The notes beneath the pieces are model-generated. The model did not search any database. It was not told the origin of the DNA and saw only the letters and a program-made list of their open reading frames with translations. A stretch of 64,000 nt of DNA from a virus: positions 24,986-88,985 of IMG/VR virus record IMGVR_UViG_3300035703_000047; one strand, given 5' to 3'. Position numbers and translations under genes: made by a program. Shown here one piece after another: positions 40,801 to 52,900 of this stretch; positions within the stretch are counted from its first letter, which is position 1, and every line of letters begins with the position of its first letter.

Positions 40801-42339
40801 AGAAACTTGGTATAGAATTACTTGATTACTATTTGTAACACTTGATACTAAATATCCAGAGGCTGAACTATTCTTGCCTTGAACAAATGATGGTTTAGAT
40901 AAACTTATAGTAGTATTTAATGTCAAGTATGTATAAGTTTGTAAATCATATAATGATGTCTCAAATATTGTAGAAGAATTTACATATTCGGAACTTTTTA
41001 ATTTTAAATCATAAACTCTACCTACTCCTATTGGGATTCCTGAGACAACGCCTGGTGTTTGAGTTCTTTGTGAATATAAGGTTATTGTACTAGTCGAATT
41101 GAATCCAACAGGAATAGTTCCATACACATTATTAATTTCTATCTGATTACCCAAACTAAATGGAACGGTTATATTTTTAACGGTTTCTGTAGTTCTTGGT
41201 TTTTCTAGATCTGCATTTATTGTCAATAAAGTTTCTACTTCATAACCCTTGACGTATGCTTTTCCAGGAGAAATTTGTAGGGTTAGGAGATCATCCGAAG
41301 GAATATTTCCTTGTTTTGTAAGTTGGTTTGGATTATATAGACCATTATTTCCTATTTTATTATTTAATGATTCTTTAGCAACAACTTTAAATGGGTTTAC
41401 ATAATAATCACCAGATTCGTCATTAGTTCTTCTAGCTAATTCATCTTCTATTAATGAAGAAATATTTTCTTTCCTATTAATTTTTTTAATAATCCCATTT
41501 TCAACTCTTAATAACTCTACAAAATTTTCATCATTGAAATCATCTAAAGATTTTTTTATTAAAGTTGAAACTATTCTAAGTCTATCTGCTCCTGGAGCAG
41601 CAAAGTTTGAAAATCCTCTAGCATTATCGAACAAATCAGGATTAGCTTGAGATGGAACAGCTATGTCCTCAAAAATAGATAGTCCTATTCTATAAGAAGG
41701 AAGATTTGAATATTGATCTAAAATTACTGTTTGTGGAAAAACATCTACAAAAAATCCTCTTATAAAGTAAACGCCTTCACCTATTTTTACTGCGGACCCT
41801 ATAGCAGTAGAATTTGATATAATGGTAGTTGCAAATGAAGATTCGGATCTTATAACCCCTAACCCATAATCAATATTTTCCAAAACAATAAGATTTTCTC
41901 CATCAACAAAAGTAGTACTTGTGAAATCCGTTTCACTAGAACTTTGATACTTTATATACAACGTATAAGTATTATTTTCCGACTCCTCACTGGTAATATA
42001 ATTTTCAATTTTAGCATCTACTCCACTAGTTTCACCTCTTATTCTTTTCCCAACCAAATATGGTAAATAAACAATTACAGGAATACTTAAATGTGTAGGA
42101 TCAATCTGGACACAAGTATATTCTGAGTCATATGCAATATTTCCAGGAATTACTACAGACCCTTCTTTGAAAAAATGTTTGCCAAATTTTTCAACTTGAT
42201 TTTGTAAAATAGATTGGAGTGTGGTTAATTCTCTGGCTTGAATTGGAGTTCCGGGTTTAAATAAAACCCTTTGATAATTTTTCTGAGGATCAAAATCATC
42301 AAAATATGGAGATGTATTTAAATTAGTATTCTGTGACAT
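34837..42339 (-). CDS. Large virion structural protein, DUF4815/VrlC-like
   Basis: NLNTSPYFDDFD, QARELTTLQSILQNQ, RRTNDESGDY, DPLAQSF; follows g8. Confidence 0.88.
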   Translation of the reverse strand: MSQNTNLNTSPYFDDFDPQKNYQRVLFKPGTPIQARELTTLQSILQNQVEKFGKHFFKEGSVVIPGNIAYDSEYTCVQIDPTHLSIPVIVYLPYLVGKRIRGETSGVDAKIENYITSEESENNTYTLYIKYQSSSETDFTSTTFVDGENLIVLENIDYGLGVIRSESSFATTIISNSTAIGSAVKIGEGVYFIRGFFVDVFPQTVILDQYSNLPSYRIGLSIFEDIAVPSQANPDLFDNARGFSNFAAPGADRLRIVSTLIKKSLDDFNDENFVELLRVENGIIKKINRKENISSLIEDELARRTNDESGDYYVNPFKVVAKESLNNKIGNNGLYNPNQLTKQGNIPSDDLLTLQISPGKAYVKGYEVETLLTINADLEKPRTTETVKNITVPFSLGNQIEINNVYGTIPVGFNSTSTITLYSQRTQTPGVVSGIPIGVGRVYDLKLKSSEYVNSSTIFETSLYDLQTYTYLTLNTTISLSKPSFVQGKNSSASGYLVSSVTNSNQVILYQVSGNFVVGEQLKVDGQDISRTIVSVRDYDLSDIKQLVGYVGATVSFTADTVISVGIPLAPQGTSFTISAGSGGISTVTSSSSTFGVGINTGDIFVYTKSGQTLPTYNRVTSVSTSLKSISIQATTNVTGVSSGALPTSTLVSNDLLKGVSALTNNKQSFLFTELQNTNVESVDVSEGEIVYRKSYPVTVSSNGLTATLETDTNITLEPFDEEDYSLVFSDGTIEKLTSNQFSITSGRTLTLVNLSKNGSATLSVTLRKRKLKSRKKIYNRCAILDVRNSSSRSSGIGSTTLNDGLTYNPYYGTRVQDDKISLNVPDVIYVSGIFESSNSQDAELPKLEVVNLNANILNGIKGEIIYGERSNAMALFVSTNGTNQLEFVYINENAFIKGEKIIFSESNVTAEIDSIIEGDRNIVSDFIFDSGQTLEIADYSSLKRKSGVTPPTKRLKIVYNYYYIDANDDGDFVTVDSYERQRYSSEMPDIPFHRASDILDFRPRVTPYNSVITPYSPFEFDSRKLASSTNSSPYNFVKDRNLLLSYSYYVGRVDRLYLNKYGEFFVSKGVPSLNPISPNTIENALEIALIKMKPYVYTPEDVTVEISSHKRYRMQDISKLEDRIRNIEYYTSLSLLETDTKNLTLRDSQTQLDRFKCGFLVDNFKSVNSGSLGNPQHKCSIDTTEGLLRPQHYTTSFDLLLGSESVIGTSNISNPDADLRFVKDLGNPNIVKVGDIVCLKYDEQVYLKNNFATRSENVNPFNVVNWIGTIEMNPATDTWVETRGTTRTIEQEGNYSAAIQQFGADTNTGLTPIDWGGWETTWTGVQEIGRQNLFSNTQTVQTGSNSFWSGNAIITDTSFRDTTVTFQNVTTLTTTNESRQGIQYKIGEKFDTVNLGTSVISTDIIHTMRSRNIEFVARRLKPQTLMYAFFDNVDMNKYVVPKLIEVQVESGSFTIGETVIGTLGTTSIKFRLATPNHKYGPYNNPEQVFVENPYIPSQFIPSSYSTTSTILNVDTASLELQSESGFYGHIVKDMKLVGQTSKAIANITNVRLITDISGTLIGSLFIPDSRLKSTPSFETGTKTFTLTTSQTNTTIAGSSDSSADARFASSGTLNNTEDVTLRTRNSTIERVSRTETRSSTTRDTTLIGGTSFIDRSVRTVTQVRWSDPLAQSFEVPEENGVFITKCDIFFRTKDTNNLPVTLQIRTMQTGLPTTTIVPFGEVVLDPSQVTISEDAKSATTFTFSSPVYLESGRDYCVVLLSASNEYTVWISRMGEEDITTLQLPESQKIVVSQQPLLGSLFKSQNGATWDPSQLEDLKLVLYNAKFVTTPSTVRFYNPKLDIGNNQIVTLRPNPLDCISKSTLIGLGKSLTSTEVTNLTSGTPILQNNNITFRSNLDRIVGSVGIGSTLIVTSTGIGFTSSFKTYSNVDLISLTGFGFGAKVNLSVQNGVAIAATVSVGGTGYAYGDSLEVNYSQTDGLGDNLILTIPNNVGIISAFNSLIVNKVQGTINKNVTDTLYYVGSAGTSPLSGAFVNTINDLSDGLHFKVSHNNHGMYSAVDKVTLSGLESDQKPESLKNSYNSTSTDNIVVSSVGVFTSFENVPVSSVNPGYILINSEVIRYTGVVTSTSSLTGITRNIDDTVSSSYNIDSSVFKYELNGVSLRRINKTHNLSDTDLQNYPTDLDHYYIKVGMSSRGIDRTPGNVLGLPALYFNDNKSCGSYDTVPLMSSPKGPKASQNIPFNFIRPNIETLLPQRTSISAKVRTFSGSTPDSDLIPFLDQGFSEISLNSNNQFNTPRIICSGINEETFLSNFPGKKSFTMELTLSTKDENVSPMIDLDRINVITIANRINSKITNYATDFRVNSLSDDPSAATYLSNIVILDKPSDNLKVFFDAFKHSTNDIRVCYRIFRSDSPTSSQLWQLFPGYDNLDSNGQVINPSNNNGRPDKMVANSTSENNFNQYEFTASNLPQFNGFQIKIIMSGTNSSFVPKIKDFRAIASI

Positions 42340-42344
42340 GTTTA

Positions 42345-43940
42345 TTAGAACTCCAATACAATTTTGATGTCTTCTTTTTGATTAACAGACCTTGGAATTG
42401 GTTGACGGTTATCCAAGTAAATAATATCACCAGATTTTTTATTATATTCAGCAGAGGAAATACCGGCTATAAACTCTTGTCCTAACTGATATATTCTATT
42501 ATTTATTGTAGTAGTTATACCACTAAAACTTGAATTAATTGATAATGTTGGTCCAATTATTGAAGAGCAATTGATAGTCAATCCATATCCAACATCCGGA
42601 TTAGAAGTAAATGGAATAATTTTAAATCCCGTTTCACTTGAAGCTAGTCCTGTTGGTTGATAATACTTCAAAACTCCAGTTATAGGATCCCATGAAGCTA
42701 CAAATCCAATAGCAGTTGATCCTAAACCTACTGTTTGTTTTATAACAGAATCAATTGCATATGTAGTATTAGTAGTCACCCCAGATAATTTAAGCGCATT
42801 TAATCCACTAACCAAAGATGAATCTAATTGTTGTATATTACTTCCAACTATCGTTGGATTTTTAATTACACCTATTCTTGCAAAATCATTTCCAAGAATA
42901 ATATCTGGATTACTCTCTAAGGTTTCATATCTGGAGTATAATAAAACTCGATATGCACCCAACTCTCTATAAATGTCATATCCATGACCTCCTTTAGGTG
43001 GAATAATAACATTAAAAGAGGCTATAGAAGTAGTACCTATTCCAGTATTACTCAATTGGCGCAATGGACCAGTTACTTCCGATCCTGGTGCTCCAGGATA
43101 AAACTCAATTGTCCCATAAGTATAATCCTTTCCGCCATCAGTAACAAATACCTCAGATACTTTACCGAAAGAATCGATCGTAATTGTGGCTTTACCTCCA
43201 GATCCATCACCCAATATCGGAACATTTGAAAATGATGTTGAAATTGGTTGATAGTTGGAACCCCTATCATTTATGATTACTACTTCTATTTTACCATCAA
43301 TAGCATTATTTTTTGTAGATATAGATTCTCCTGTATTTCCCCAATCTTCTGGTACTGGAATAAATTCTATAGAATCAAATTTGACAATTTCCGAAGGTTT
43401 AATTGTGTACAAATATTTCCAAATATATCCATCTCCGCTGGCTCCTGCAGCCCTGGGTTCTAAATCAATAAAAGTAGGTTGATCAAAAGATGGTCTTCCT
43501 TTAGGATTTTCCGGATCTGTTCCATTCTGTAAACAAATATAAACTCTCAGATCCTCATTTATTACATAAAAATTTGATTCATATAAACTTGTTTGACTAG
43601 TAACTGAGGTAACGTTATATACATTATAATCATGTCTATACATTTCATAAGTATTTCCGGCAACCCAATTCACTTTTCTTACAAGTCTTCTTACATCCTG
43701 ACTTGTTATCTGTTTTAAAGATATAATACTTTCTTTAACTTGACTTTCTTCTTTAAAACCATCTAGTGGAGAAGGGGTATTAGAAATCCACGTAGGCGAT
43801 CCGCCAGAAGCTGGATTTGTGCAGTTAGGTAATCCTATAAAAGTATAATATTTATTTGATGTGTCACCTACACCAGAAACACTTTTTATAAAGTTATCTG
43901 CATTTAGAATTCTAAATTGATCTGATATTATGGCGGGCAT
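42345..43940 (-). CDS. g8: Baseplate wedge subunit
   Basis: AIISDQFRILNA, YEMYRHDY, DGYIWKYLYTI, QKEDIKIVLEF. Confidence 0.92.
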   Translation of the reverse strand: MPAIISDQFRILNADNFIKSVSGVGDTSNKYYTFIGLPNCTNPASGGSPTWISNTPSPLDGFKEESQVKESIISLKQITSQDVRRLVRKVNWVAGNTYEMYRHDYNVYNVTSVTSQTSLYESNFYVINEDLRVYICLQNGTDPENPKGRPSFDQPTFIDLEPRAAGASGDGYIWKYLYTIKPSEIVKFDSIEFIPVPEDWGNTGESISTKNNAIDGKIEVVIINDRGSNYQPISTSFSNVPILGDGSGGKATITIDSFGKVSEVFVTDGGKDYTYGTIEFYPGAPGSEVTGPLRQLSNTGIGTTSIASFNVIIPPKGGHGYDIYRELGAYRVLLYSRYETLESNPDIILGNDFARIGVIKNPTIVGSNIQQLDSSLVSGLNALKLSGVTTNTTYAIDSVIKQTVGLGSTAIGFVASWDPITGVLKYYQPTGLASSETGFKIIPFTSNPDVGYGLTINCSSIIGPTLSINSSFSGITTTINNRIYQLGQEFIAGISSAEYNKKSGDIIYLDNRQPIPRSVNQKEDIKIVLEF

Positions 43941-43959
43941 TTTAGAACATACTTTTTTT

Positions 43960-43966
43960 TATTTAG
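43960..43966 (-). promoter_or_regulatory. Late promoter variant (CTAAATA) for g8
   Basis: About 20 nt upstream of ATG 43940. Confidence 0.55.
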
Positions 43967-43973
43967 TTACATT

Positions 43974-46900
43974 TTACTTACTTATTATACTTCTGGTTCT
44001 CATAATTTTGGGAGAAGATGAAATACCAGAGATTCCATTGTCATTAAAAACTTCGAAAGATTTTGGATTACCTAAAATTCTATTCTGATAATCGTAAATT
44101 TTAGCCCAACTATATCTACCATAATAACCATTTGTACCTATTCCATTATTATTAGATCCCTTAGAATATACTTTAACATAATTATCCACCATAGGAGCAA
44201 AATTACAAGTAACAGTGACAATACCAAGAGAAGGTGGTGTTATATCTTCCACAATGTAAACTCCATCAATAAAAGATTTAGCTGTGCCAATCTTGGAATT
44301 TGGATAATTACTCATTCCGCCAAGAAGTGTTGTGATTCCTACCAAATCCCCACCGGTTTCAACATTGCTATCAGTAATAACAAAATAATCTCCTTTAGAC
44401 AACTGACTATTAAGAATTCCAAAATTGTTTAATGCAGAGTATCCAATTCCCAAAGTGCTGTTATCATATTGTTCAGATTGTAATGTAAATGAAATTTTTG
44501 GAGAGGTTGTTCCAATACCAGGAGTTCCTGTAATATAAGTAGTGACACCAATAATTATTCCATGGTCTCCAGTAACTTTAAATGATCTAATAACTTCAGT
44601 ATCAAAACTATCCGGCTCCACTATTACTGGAGGAGGATTATTAAAATCATATCCAAATCCAGGGTTTATTATTTCTATAGAACTAATACTTCCAGAAGTT
44701 ATACTAGAAATCGCAGTAGCTCTATTATAAACTGGTTCTGCATATATTGCAGTAGCTCCAGATCCTATAGCAACATATCTACCGTCAACACCAACATTAT
44801 CGACAAATATTAAATCATTAATAAAGTTTAATTGCGATGTTGATCTATAAATCCAATTACTTAAATCAAATGAATAATATAAATTTCCTGAAGATGTGGT
44901 AATTACATAGAAACCATAACTGTAATTAATGTTTATTAAGTTTTCAATTCCGATATTATTTGGTATAATTCGATATGAATTTTTATCAATTGATTGAATT
45001 ATTACTCCATAATCTCCAACTGCAATGAAAGTTCCCTCTGCATAGATTACTTTATTTAAATTTGTATTTACTGGAGAGTTTACAAATTCCCAAACATCTC
45101 CATTATTAGAATTTCTAATTACTCCATCATCACCAACAACAACAAAATATTCAGAACCAAAAACTACACTGTTTAGATCAGATAAAGTTTCTGAAAATCT
45201 ATTAACAAATGAATCTGTACCTACTCCAGTTCCAACAAATATGGACCCACCTGCACCGACTGTAACCCAGGAATCCGTAACTTGAGAATATACAATTTCA
45301 TTGAATGTTCCTGTATAACTACTACCAACTCTATCAATTATTCCAAATCCCAAAATAGAAACTTCTTCAACTAAAGGAACCTGGTCCCATGTTGATATTA
45401 CATTTCCATAATCAGTGGCTTTTATTACTTGTCCCAAATTTCCGACAGAAATTACAAAGTTGCTGGATCCAACTCCAACAGATTCAACTGAGTTGAAATT
45501 GGAATTTTGGCCAAATCCAACTGTAGAAACTTGCCAATTTATTCCATCAAAACTTATGGCATATACGGAACTATTTCCAACTGAAATGAATTTATCTTTA
45601 TACTTAATAGATTTTAAGTGATATGAAGTTGATAATCCAACACCACCTTTCCAGTTAAAAATGGGATCTTTTTTAGTAATTAAAGATTGTGAAATTATTA
45701 CTTTAGGTGATTGAGTATTAGCATATCCTACACCTTGATCTATAACAGTAATGGAAGAAATGGTTGAGGCTGTAGAAACTACAGATTCAACTAAAGGTTC
45801 TTCAATTACTCTATCTTCGAGTATCAACACATCTCGTATATCTTCAGGCATAGAATCTAAATCTGAAAATAGTGGATATGCATTATCAACATATATTACA
45901 TCGTCAGTAGGTTCAATTTTTTTAATCACCGTTGCAAAAGGACCAATTTTACTTTGTAAGTTTGGTCTAGATTTGGAAAGTAACGACCCATTGATAATGG
46001 TATCATTATTTTGTTTTTTCCAAGTAAGAGGTCTGATTCTTGTCGGATCTGTAATAATACCAACAGAATAATAATTAAATGTTTCTATCTGATCTGAGGA
46101 TGTAATTTTTTTAACGACTCTATCAAATTGAGAAATGTCATATGGATCTGTAGGATTTTCTTGTATTTTTACAGAATCTCCAGGTTTAATTGTTTTAGGT
46201 GGATCAACTAATAAAACATCAACGGAAGAACCTCTGTAATATAAAATAGTACATTTAGATCCACTTCTAGGTGGCTCAGTAAATGTTACTCTACTTCCCG
46301 AAAACTTATATGATACATTAGGAACTTGTAAAATATCATTTATGTATATAAAAATGTTATTAGTTATGTCCAAATCTGTTCCGGTAAGGACTTTCAAACC
46401 TATGACTTGTTTCACGCCATTTAAAGTAGTTGAAAGTGTAAATTTCTTTCTAAATCCATTGAATGATTCGGAAATGTCGTCAAATTGAATGAATTGTCCA
46501 GGATAAAAACCACAAAAACTATCTCTTTCCACCTCTTCGACTGTTAAAACAAAAGGTTCAAAAGTTAGTGATGGATTAGTAACTATACCAATGGGCGTAA
46601 GTTTATCTCCAATTCTATATCCTATTCCCGGTTCATCAAACTTATATGATATAATACTTGATCCCATACCAACTTCAACTGTAATTTTTGCCTTTTGGCC
46701 AACACCAGAAGTTCCTCCAGTATAACCTAAGCTAAGATTACTGTATCCAGTTGGTATCCCAATTACAACTTCTGGAAGTGAAGTTGTCGTGTATCCAGAT
46801 CCAGCATTTACAATTACAAATCCAGAAATAGTTCCCGCTGCACTAACAATTGCAGTAATACTTGCACCAGTTCCAATAGTGGACGCGATACTGACAAAAG

Positions 46901-49900
46901 GTGAAGATCTATAACCAGATCCGTTTCCAGTTACCCGTACACTACTAATAGTTCCTGTAGCTGAAATAACTGCAGTAGCAGCTGCTCCAATTCTAGGAAC
47001 ATATCCATAACTAGTTGATATTGATACTTTGGATATTTTTCCAGCACTTGGAGTACCGGATAAAAATTTGATGGTATTTGATATACTTCCATCAACTGTA
47101 TAATCACTTGTTGGATTTTGGAAAACATTATTAATTAAAACTATTGGATTATTATTAATATCAATAGAACTATTAACATTATTAAAAATCGTATTTGTGT
47201 ATTGTCCACCAGACTTTAAGACAAATTCTGTAGCTGCAATTCCAGTAAATGATAAAGATATGTCATCAAGGATTATATTTTTATCTTCAGGTGTATCTGG
47301 ATTAAATTGTCTACTAAAAGCTCTGCCACCAAATATTGATCCAGTTTCTAGACCAACTGGGCCCAGATTTCCAATAGGAGCCTGATCAAAATATATCACA
47401 TCTCCAACGATATTAAAACTACCGTTTAAAACAGTTGCAGAAACACCAACCGTATGTGCGGTTGCGACTGTACCAAAGTATCCACGTATGACTTCTATCT
47501 GGTTTGGAGAGGTTACTCCAATACTTTTAACAGAAACATATTCATTATCCAAATTAATAATATCTCTATAAGATATGGATGATATTCCAGAAGAAATACT
47601 TATTATAGTTGTTGATGCTGAAGAAACACTAGAAGCAAGAGAAACATTTAATGACTTTCTAGATAATGGTTTTTGTACTATTCCATCTAAGGTAATAATT
47701 ACGCTAGAATTAGGTTCTTTATATGCAAGAAAATGTGTACCAGTACCGACATTAGTTATGTTAAAAAACACACTTGTTGATAGTCCAGAAAGTTTAAATT
47801 CATTATCATTTAACTTATACACAAATACTGAAGTTGGTAAAACTCTAGTACCCAATTCTAATGGACTAAACGATAGATTATCTTTATTTCCAGTTCCACC
47901 AATGTAAGTACCTGCTATTGAAATTATTGAATTAGGATTATATCCGTCTCCACCATTTAAGACTTTTACGTAACTAATCTCTCCAACATCATCTCGGAAA
48001 ACATCAAAAGTAGCTCCAGATAAATCACTGGATGGTACAGATTGATAACTTTGATTGGATTCTGATTGAATTACCGTTGGTCCCGTTTTAGAAATAGTAA
48101 ATCTTAAATCATTAGTAGGACTTGTTCCTCCAAAATTAGTTCCCGCTATAGAAACTTGTTCACCCACATAATAATTACTACCACCCTTCTTTAATATTAT
48201 AGATGTACCTATTGGAATTCCAGATCCATTATATGAAATCAAAACATTAAATGTTGCATCAGTTCCAAGTCCTGTTCCATTTACACCTATCACTTGAGTA
48301 TATTGTGTATTGGTTGAAGGTGTTCCATTTGGAACTGTTCCGGAAATACTTGTAGTTATTCCAACATCATATCCATTTTCAAATATTGCAGTCCCATCAA
48401 AATTATAGACATTCAATAAACTATCTTTAATTCCTGTAGTATATGAAGTAGTGGCAATTCCAATAGGAGTACCATTAGAATATGTGTATATTAACTCTTG
48501 ACCTGACTGGAAGTTGTGATTGGGAATTATAATCTTATCATTAGACACGTCAATATTATTACCAGAAAATACATGTTTAAACAAAGAGGTTCCATTATTT
48601 GTCAACTTAAATGTAGTTAATCCAACTACCGAACCTCCCCTAGTCAAAGAAGGATATATTATTGAATCGGGTTTTGCAGTAGTTCCAATTCCAACTATAG
48701 AAGTAATTATTCCTACATAATTTTCTATTACACTAAAAACATCTGCATAACAATTTAAATTATATGTTGAACTGCAATCCGAATCTATTGGAACAGTATA
48801 GTCAAAAATTTGAGTTTTAGATGTATTATAAATTGTCTGGACAGGAACATTATTAATAATATATTTTGAAAGATCTACGATATACTCAAAACCCGCAATA
48901 GTTTCTGTTGATATTCCAGATAAGTAAGTAGTACCCAGTCCATCCCAGTAATTTAACCCAACTTCGACAGACTTATTATTTGAAGAATATTTAACATCAT
49001 GAGAAAGTGCATCTAAAACATATCCAACTTCTGATTTGAATACCGATTGATTCCAACTTGGATTTGTATTAAGTGAAGGATAAACAGAAGTTATAAATCC
49101 TACAACCTCTTCTTGAATAAATTCTTTATTATAATCTAATAAATCAGATCCATTGACATATCTATCTGATAAAAGTTGTTCTGTTGTGCCATCAAATTGA
49201 CTACTTATATCATCAATTTCAATAACCTTATTTGTTTTATTGAGAATATATGCAGATAAATCAATTCCTTCATCCAAAAATATATCTTGTGTTGACCCAT
49301 CAGGCAATAATTCTTCCTCATAAACTCTTGCAAAATTAGATCTGGTACTCAAAGGGGTTATTTCGTCAATATTTACAAATGTAAATGTATCTGTAGCAAC
49401 CAATCTTGGTTTCATATCGGAAGATTTGACAATACCAACATTAACTTCATTTAAGGTCGGTTTAGTTAAAATTTCCAGATCAGAAAATTCTTTAAATCCG
49501 GATGGATGTAGAATTGATCGTACTGATTCTCTCCAAGTACTGTAAGGAATATTTCCTTTAATAGAGTATGAGAATTTTTGATAGTAAAAATTATCAGATA
49601 TTCTTTGGAGATAATCATTTAAAATACCGGAAGAGGATTCTATAGTGGAAGTTTTATCTCTAGAAACTCCCAAAGTAGAGTATAGATTAAATACATCAAC
49701 ATATTCTACTGTACCATTAATTTTAGATATTTCTCCTAAAATTTTATCTCCAACATTTATTGTACCAAAAATATTCTTCAACCTCATTTGGTTCAGTTTA
49801 TTGTCCCATCCATTATCCATAACTATGCCAGAAAATGTTTCTGACAATACTTTTTCATTTGAAATATAACTAACATCATCTTTTAATACCATACGAAATT

Positions 49901-52900
49901 CAGGAATATCATTTTTATTGACAACAATTCCCAAATTCAGTTCATCATTATATGTACCAAAGGAACCAGTAGAAATCCCCGACATGTCATAAGTTACTGT
50001 ATTATTATTAATATCGACATCAACTACATCAAAGAAAGTATAATTATATGAAGATGAATTGAAATTGGCCTTATCGGATGTTGAATTAGTCAATCTACAA
50101 TTTTCAATAAAAATCTTATCTCCGATTTTAAACGGATAGACAAAATCGGTTTTACCAAATCCAGAATTTATGAAAGGATTAAACACTGCGTCATTAGATA
50201 ATTCTAATGTGACTAAATTTTCATTGGTAGTTATGAAATCAATTTCATAACCATTTGAATTATATATTGGAATAATCTCTAAAGGAGATGACAATGAAGT
50301 GGAATTTTTAATAACATTTACGGAAGTTATCGATCCTCCTGATACGCCGCAATCAAGTTCAATTCCAAACTCATTATCTTTTACTATTAATTTGGGTATA
50401 GTATTATATCTTCTACCTCCACTAATAATTTCAATATAGTCTATGGTTCTTATATTTTTTATTCCAATAATAGAAGGTACGCTTAAAGATGGTGAAAGAG
50501 TTGGATCAGTTGGGTAATCAAATCCATCTTTAATCCTACTAAAAGTTTCAACTTTTCCAATTTCTGAAGATATTAATTTTACTATTGCATTTTTGCCTAA
50601 TTCACTATTAACTCCCCTGACACTGGGCAACTTTTTGTACCCTCTACCTGGAAAATTAATCTTAAATTTAGATATTGGTCCTAATGCAGTAGTAGAGGTA
50701 GTTTTATATGCAATTTTAGTTTCTGGCTGACCTATGATATTTTTTTCTATTTTGTTTAATTTTTTAGTATTAAAGAAAGAAAATGTCTTATCAGAAGCAG
50801 TCTCAATTTTAAATCTACTATTAAGTTGGTGATCTATTACAGAAAGTTTATTGTAAGATTTTACACTAATATCAGAAGAAATCTCATTCTTACTCTTATC
50901 TGAAGATCCCTTGGAAAATAAATTATAATATATCGGGAAAACTTGATTAGAAAGATCTAAAATAATTTTTGCTCCATCAGTACCTATAATGCCGGTTCTA
51001 CTTATAAAAAAGTCACTTTTTTCATTGATTTTTTGAGTAAAAATAGGATCAAAATAAAATTGCAAATCAAGATCGATCAAACTACTATCAGATAAATCAA
51101 ATTCTATTTTTGTAGTTCTTATAGTTGAAATTTGAGGATTAATAAAATATAAATTATGTGTAGAACCACCTGTTGATGAAAGATCGATAAACTTAGACTC
51201 AAAGATATCACTTTCATACTCACAAAGTTTTATAAAATTAAAACTAGTTTTTGATACATAATAAACTCCATAATTATCCAAACCACTTATAGGAGAACTG
51301 GAAATATAAACTACTTTATCACCAGTATTAATTTCTCCTGTATACGAAGAAATATCTATAGAATTTTCTTCCAATATAATATCAGTATCTGAAAACTGAA
51401 TTTCCCTCATTAAAACTTTTCTATTTACTGGGTCAAAAATAACTTTAACAACATCATTATAATCTGTAGTTAAATTTAGAGATATTATATCACCCACACT
51501 TAAATTATGATTTGATGCGGTAGTTACTATACCCAATATTTTAGTTATAGTTCCTGTGACTTTGGGATTTAATGTAGTTAAAGAATGAGCGGCTCCAATC
51601 ACACCGTATGAAGAAGTTTGATCCCAAAATTCCAAAGAATTTAAATTAGTTCCAATACCAGTAGAACTTGTAAATCCAATTGTAGATAATCCTACATAAT
51701 TTTTTCCTATATTTACCGCATAAACTATCGGAAAATCAGATAATTTAAATGATACAGCAGATCCAACATTGTTAACATATAAAGTAGTACCAGCGAATCC
51801 GGCGTTATAAACAAGAGGTTGCCCAGTATAAAACTTGTGTGATGGTAAGTATATGCTTCTGGTAGGTATAGATCTATTTTCGAAAGATGTAGTTCCAAAC
51901 CCAACAACAACACGATCTGTCGTATTTGTACCAATACCTACAGAGAATTTTGGATCAAAGAATGTGGTGTAATTTTCAAATGTCAAATCGGTAATATTAC
52001 CAGTTGGTATTCTGAATTCTCTAGGTAATAAAGTTACTTTATCAATTCCAGCAGTATGTATCCCAGTGTTTTGAAGTCTATTTACATAGAATCCCGACCT
52101 CTTACTATCTACATCTGTAATTAGTAAAACTTCAGTTCCTATACCTATGAAATCATTAATTCCAAATCCATTAATATCTTTTAATTTTATGAAGGTAGAT
52201 ACTCCGGTAAAGACATCCGATTGAATATCCTCCAATAACTCAGACTCTTTTTCTAAAACTCTAACATACTTTATACCTTCAAAATCTGATGCCGTTATTG
52301 TTGATATTCCACTTATTAGAATTGGTTGGCCATTTTTAATTTTATGTGGAGAACTTGTCTTTACTATAGTTTCTGGGTATGTTATAAAGAACTCTGCATC
52401 TTGAATCACATCTTCAGGTAAACTAATAGATTGTATTTCCCTACCGTCTAATTCACTTACGACTATATTTGACTGTATTCCCTCAGTCTCCGACACATCG
52501 ATATCTATTTGATCATTTACTTTATAGTCATCTCCGGGTGAAAATATAGAAACTCCATCTATTTTGCCTGAATTTACAGAAGTTACATAAAATTCTTGTT
52601 TATATTCATCTAGTACTTTATCAATTAGATCATAATATGAATTAGATCTATTTAAGTAATATGGTCCAACATTTCTAGTTAAATTTTTAGTAAAGACATT
52701 TATATCTTGATTGAACGATGGTAAAAAGTTTTCACCAATTGGGTTATTATAAAAATGTGGTCCTACAGCATATGGATATCTAGGACTAGCCTCATTTGAA
52801 GCATTAACATCAATAGTACAAAAATATGCATAAGTTCCATTTGGATACTCTGGAGTGATGCAAAATCTTCCATTATGTTGATCAAGATCTCCAGAACCAT

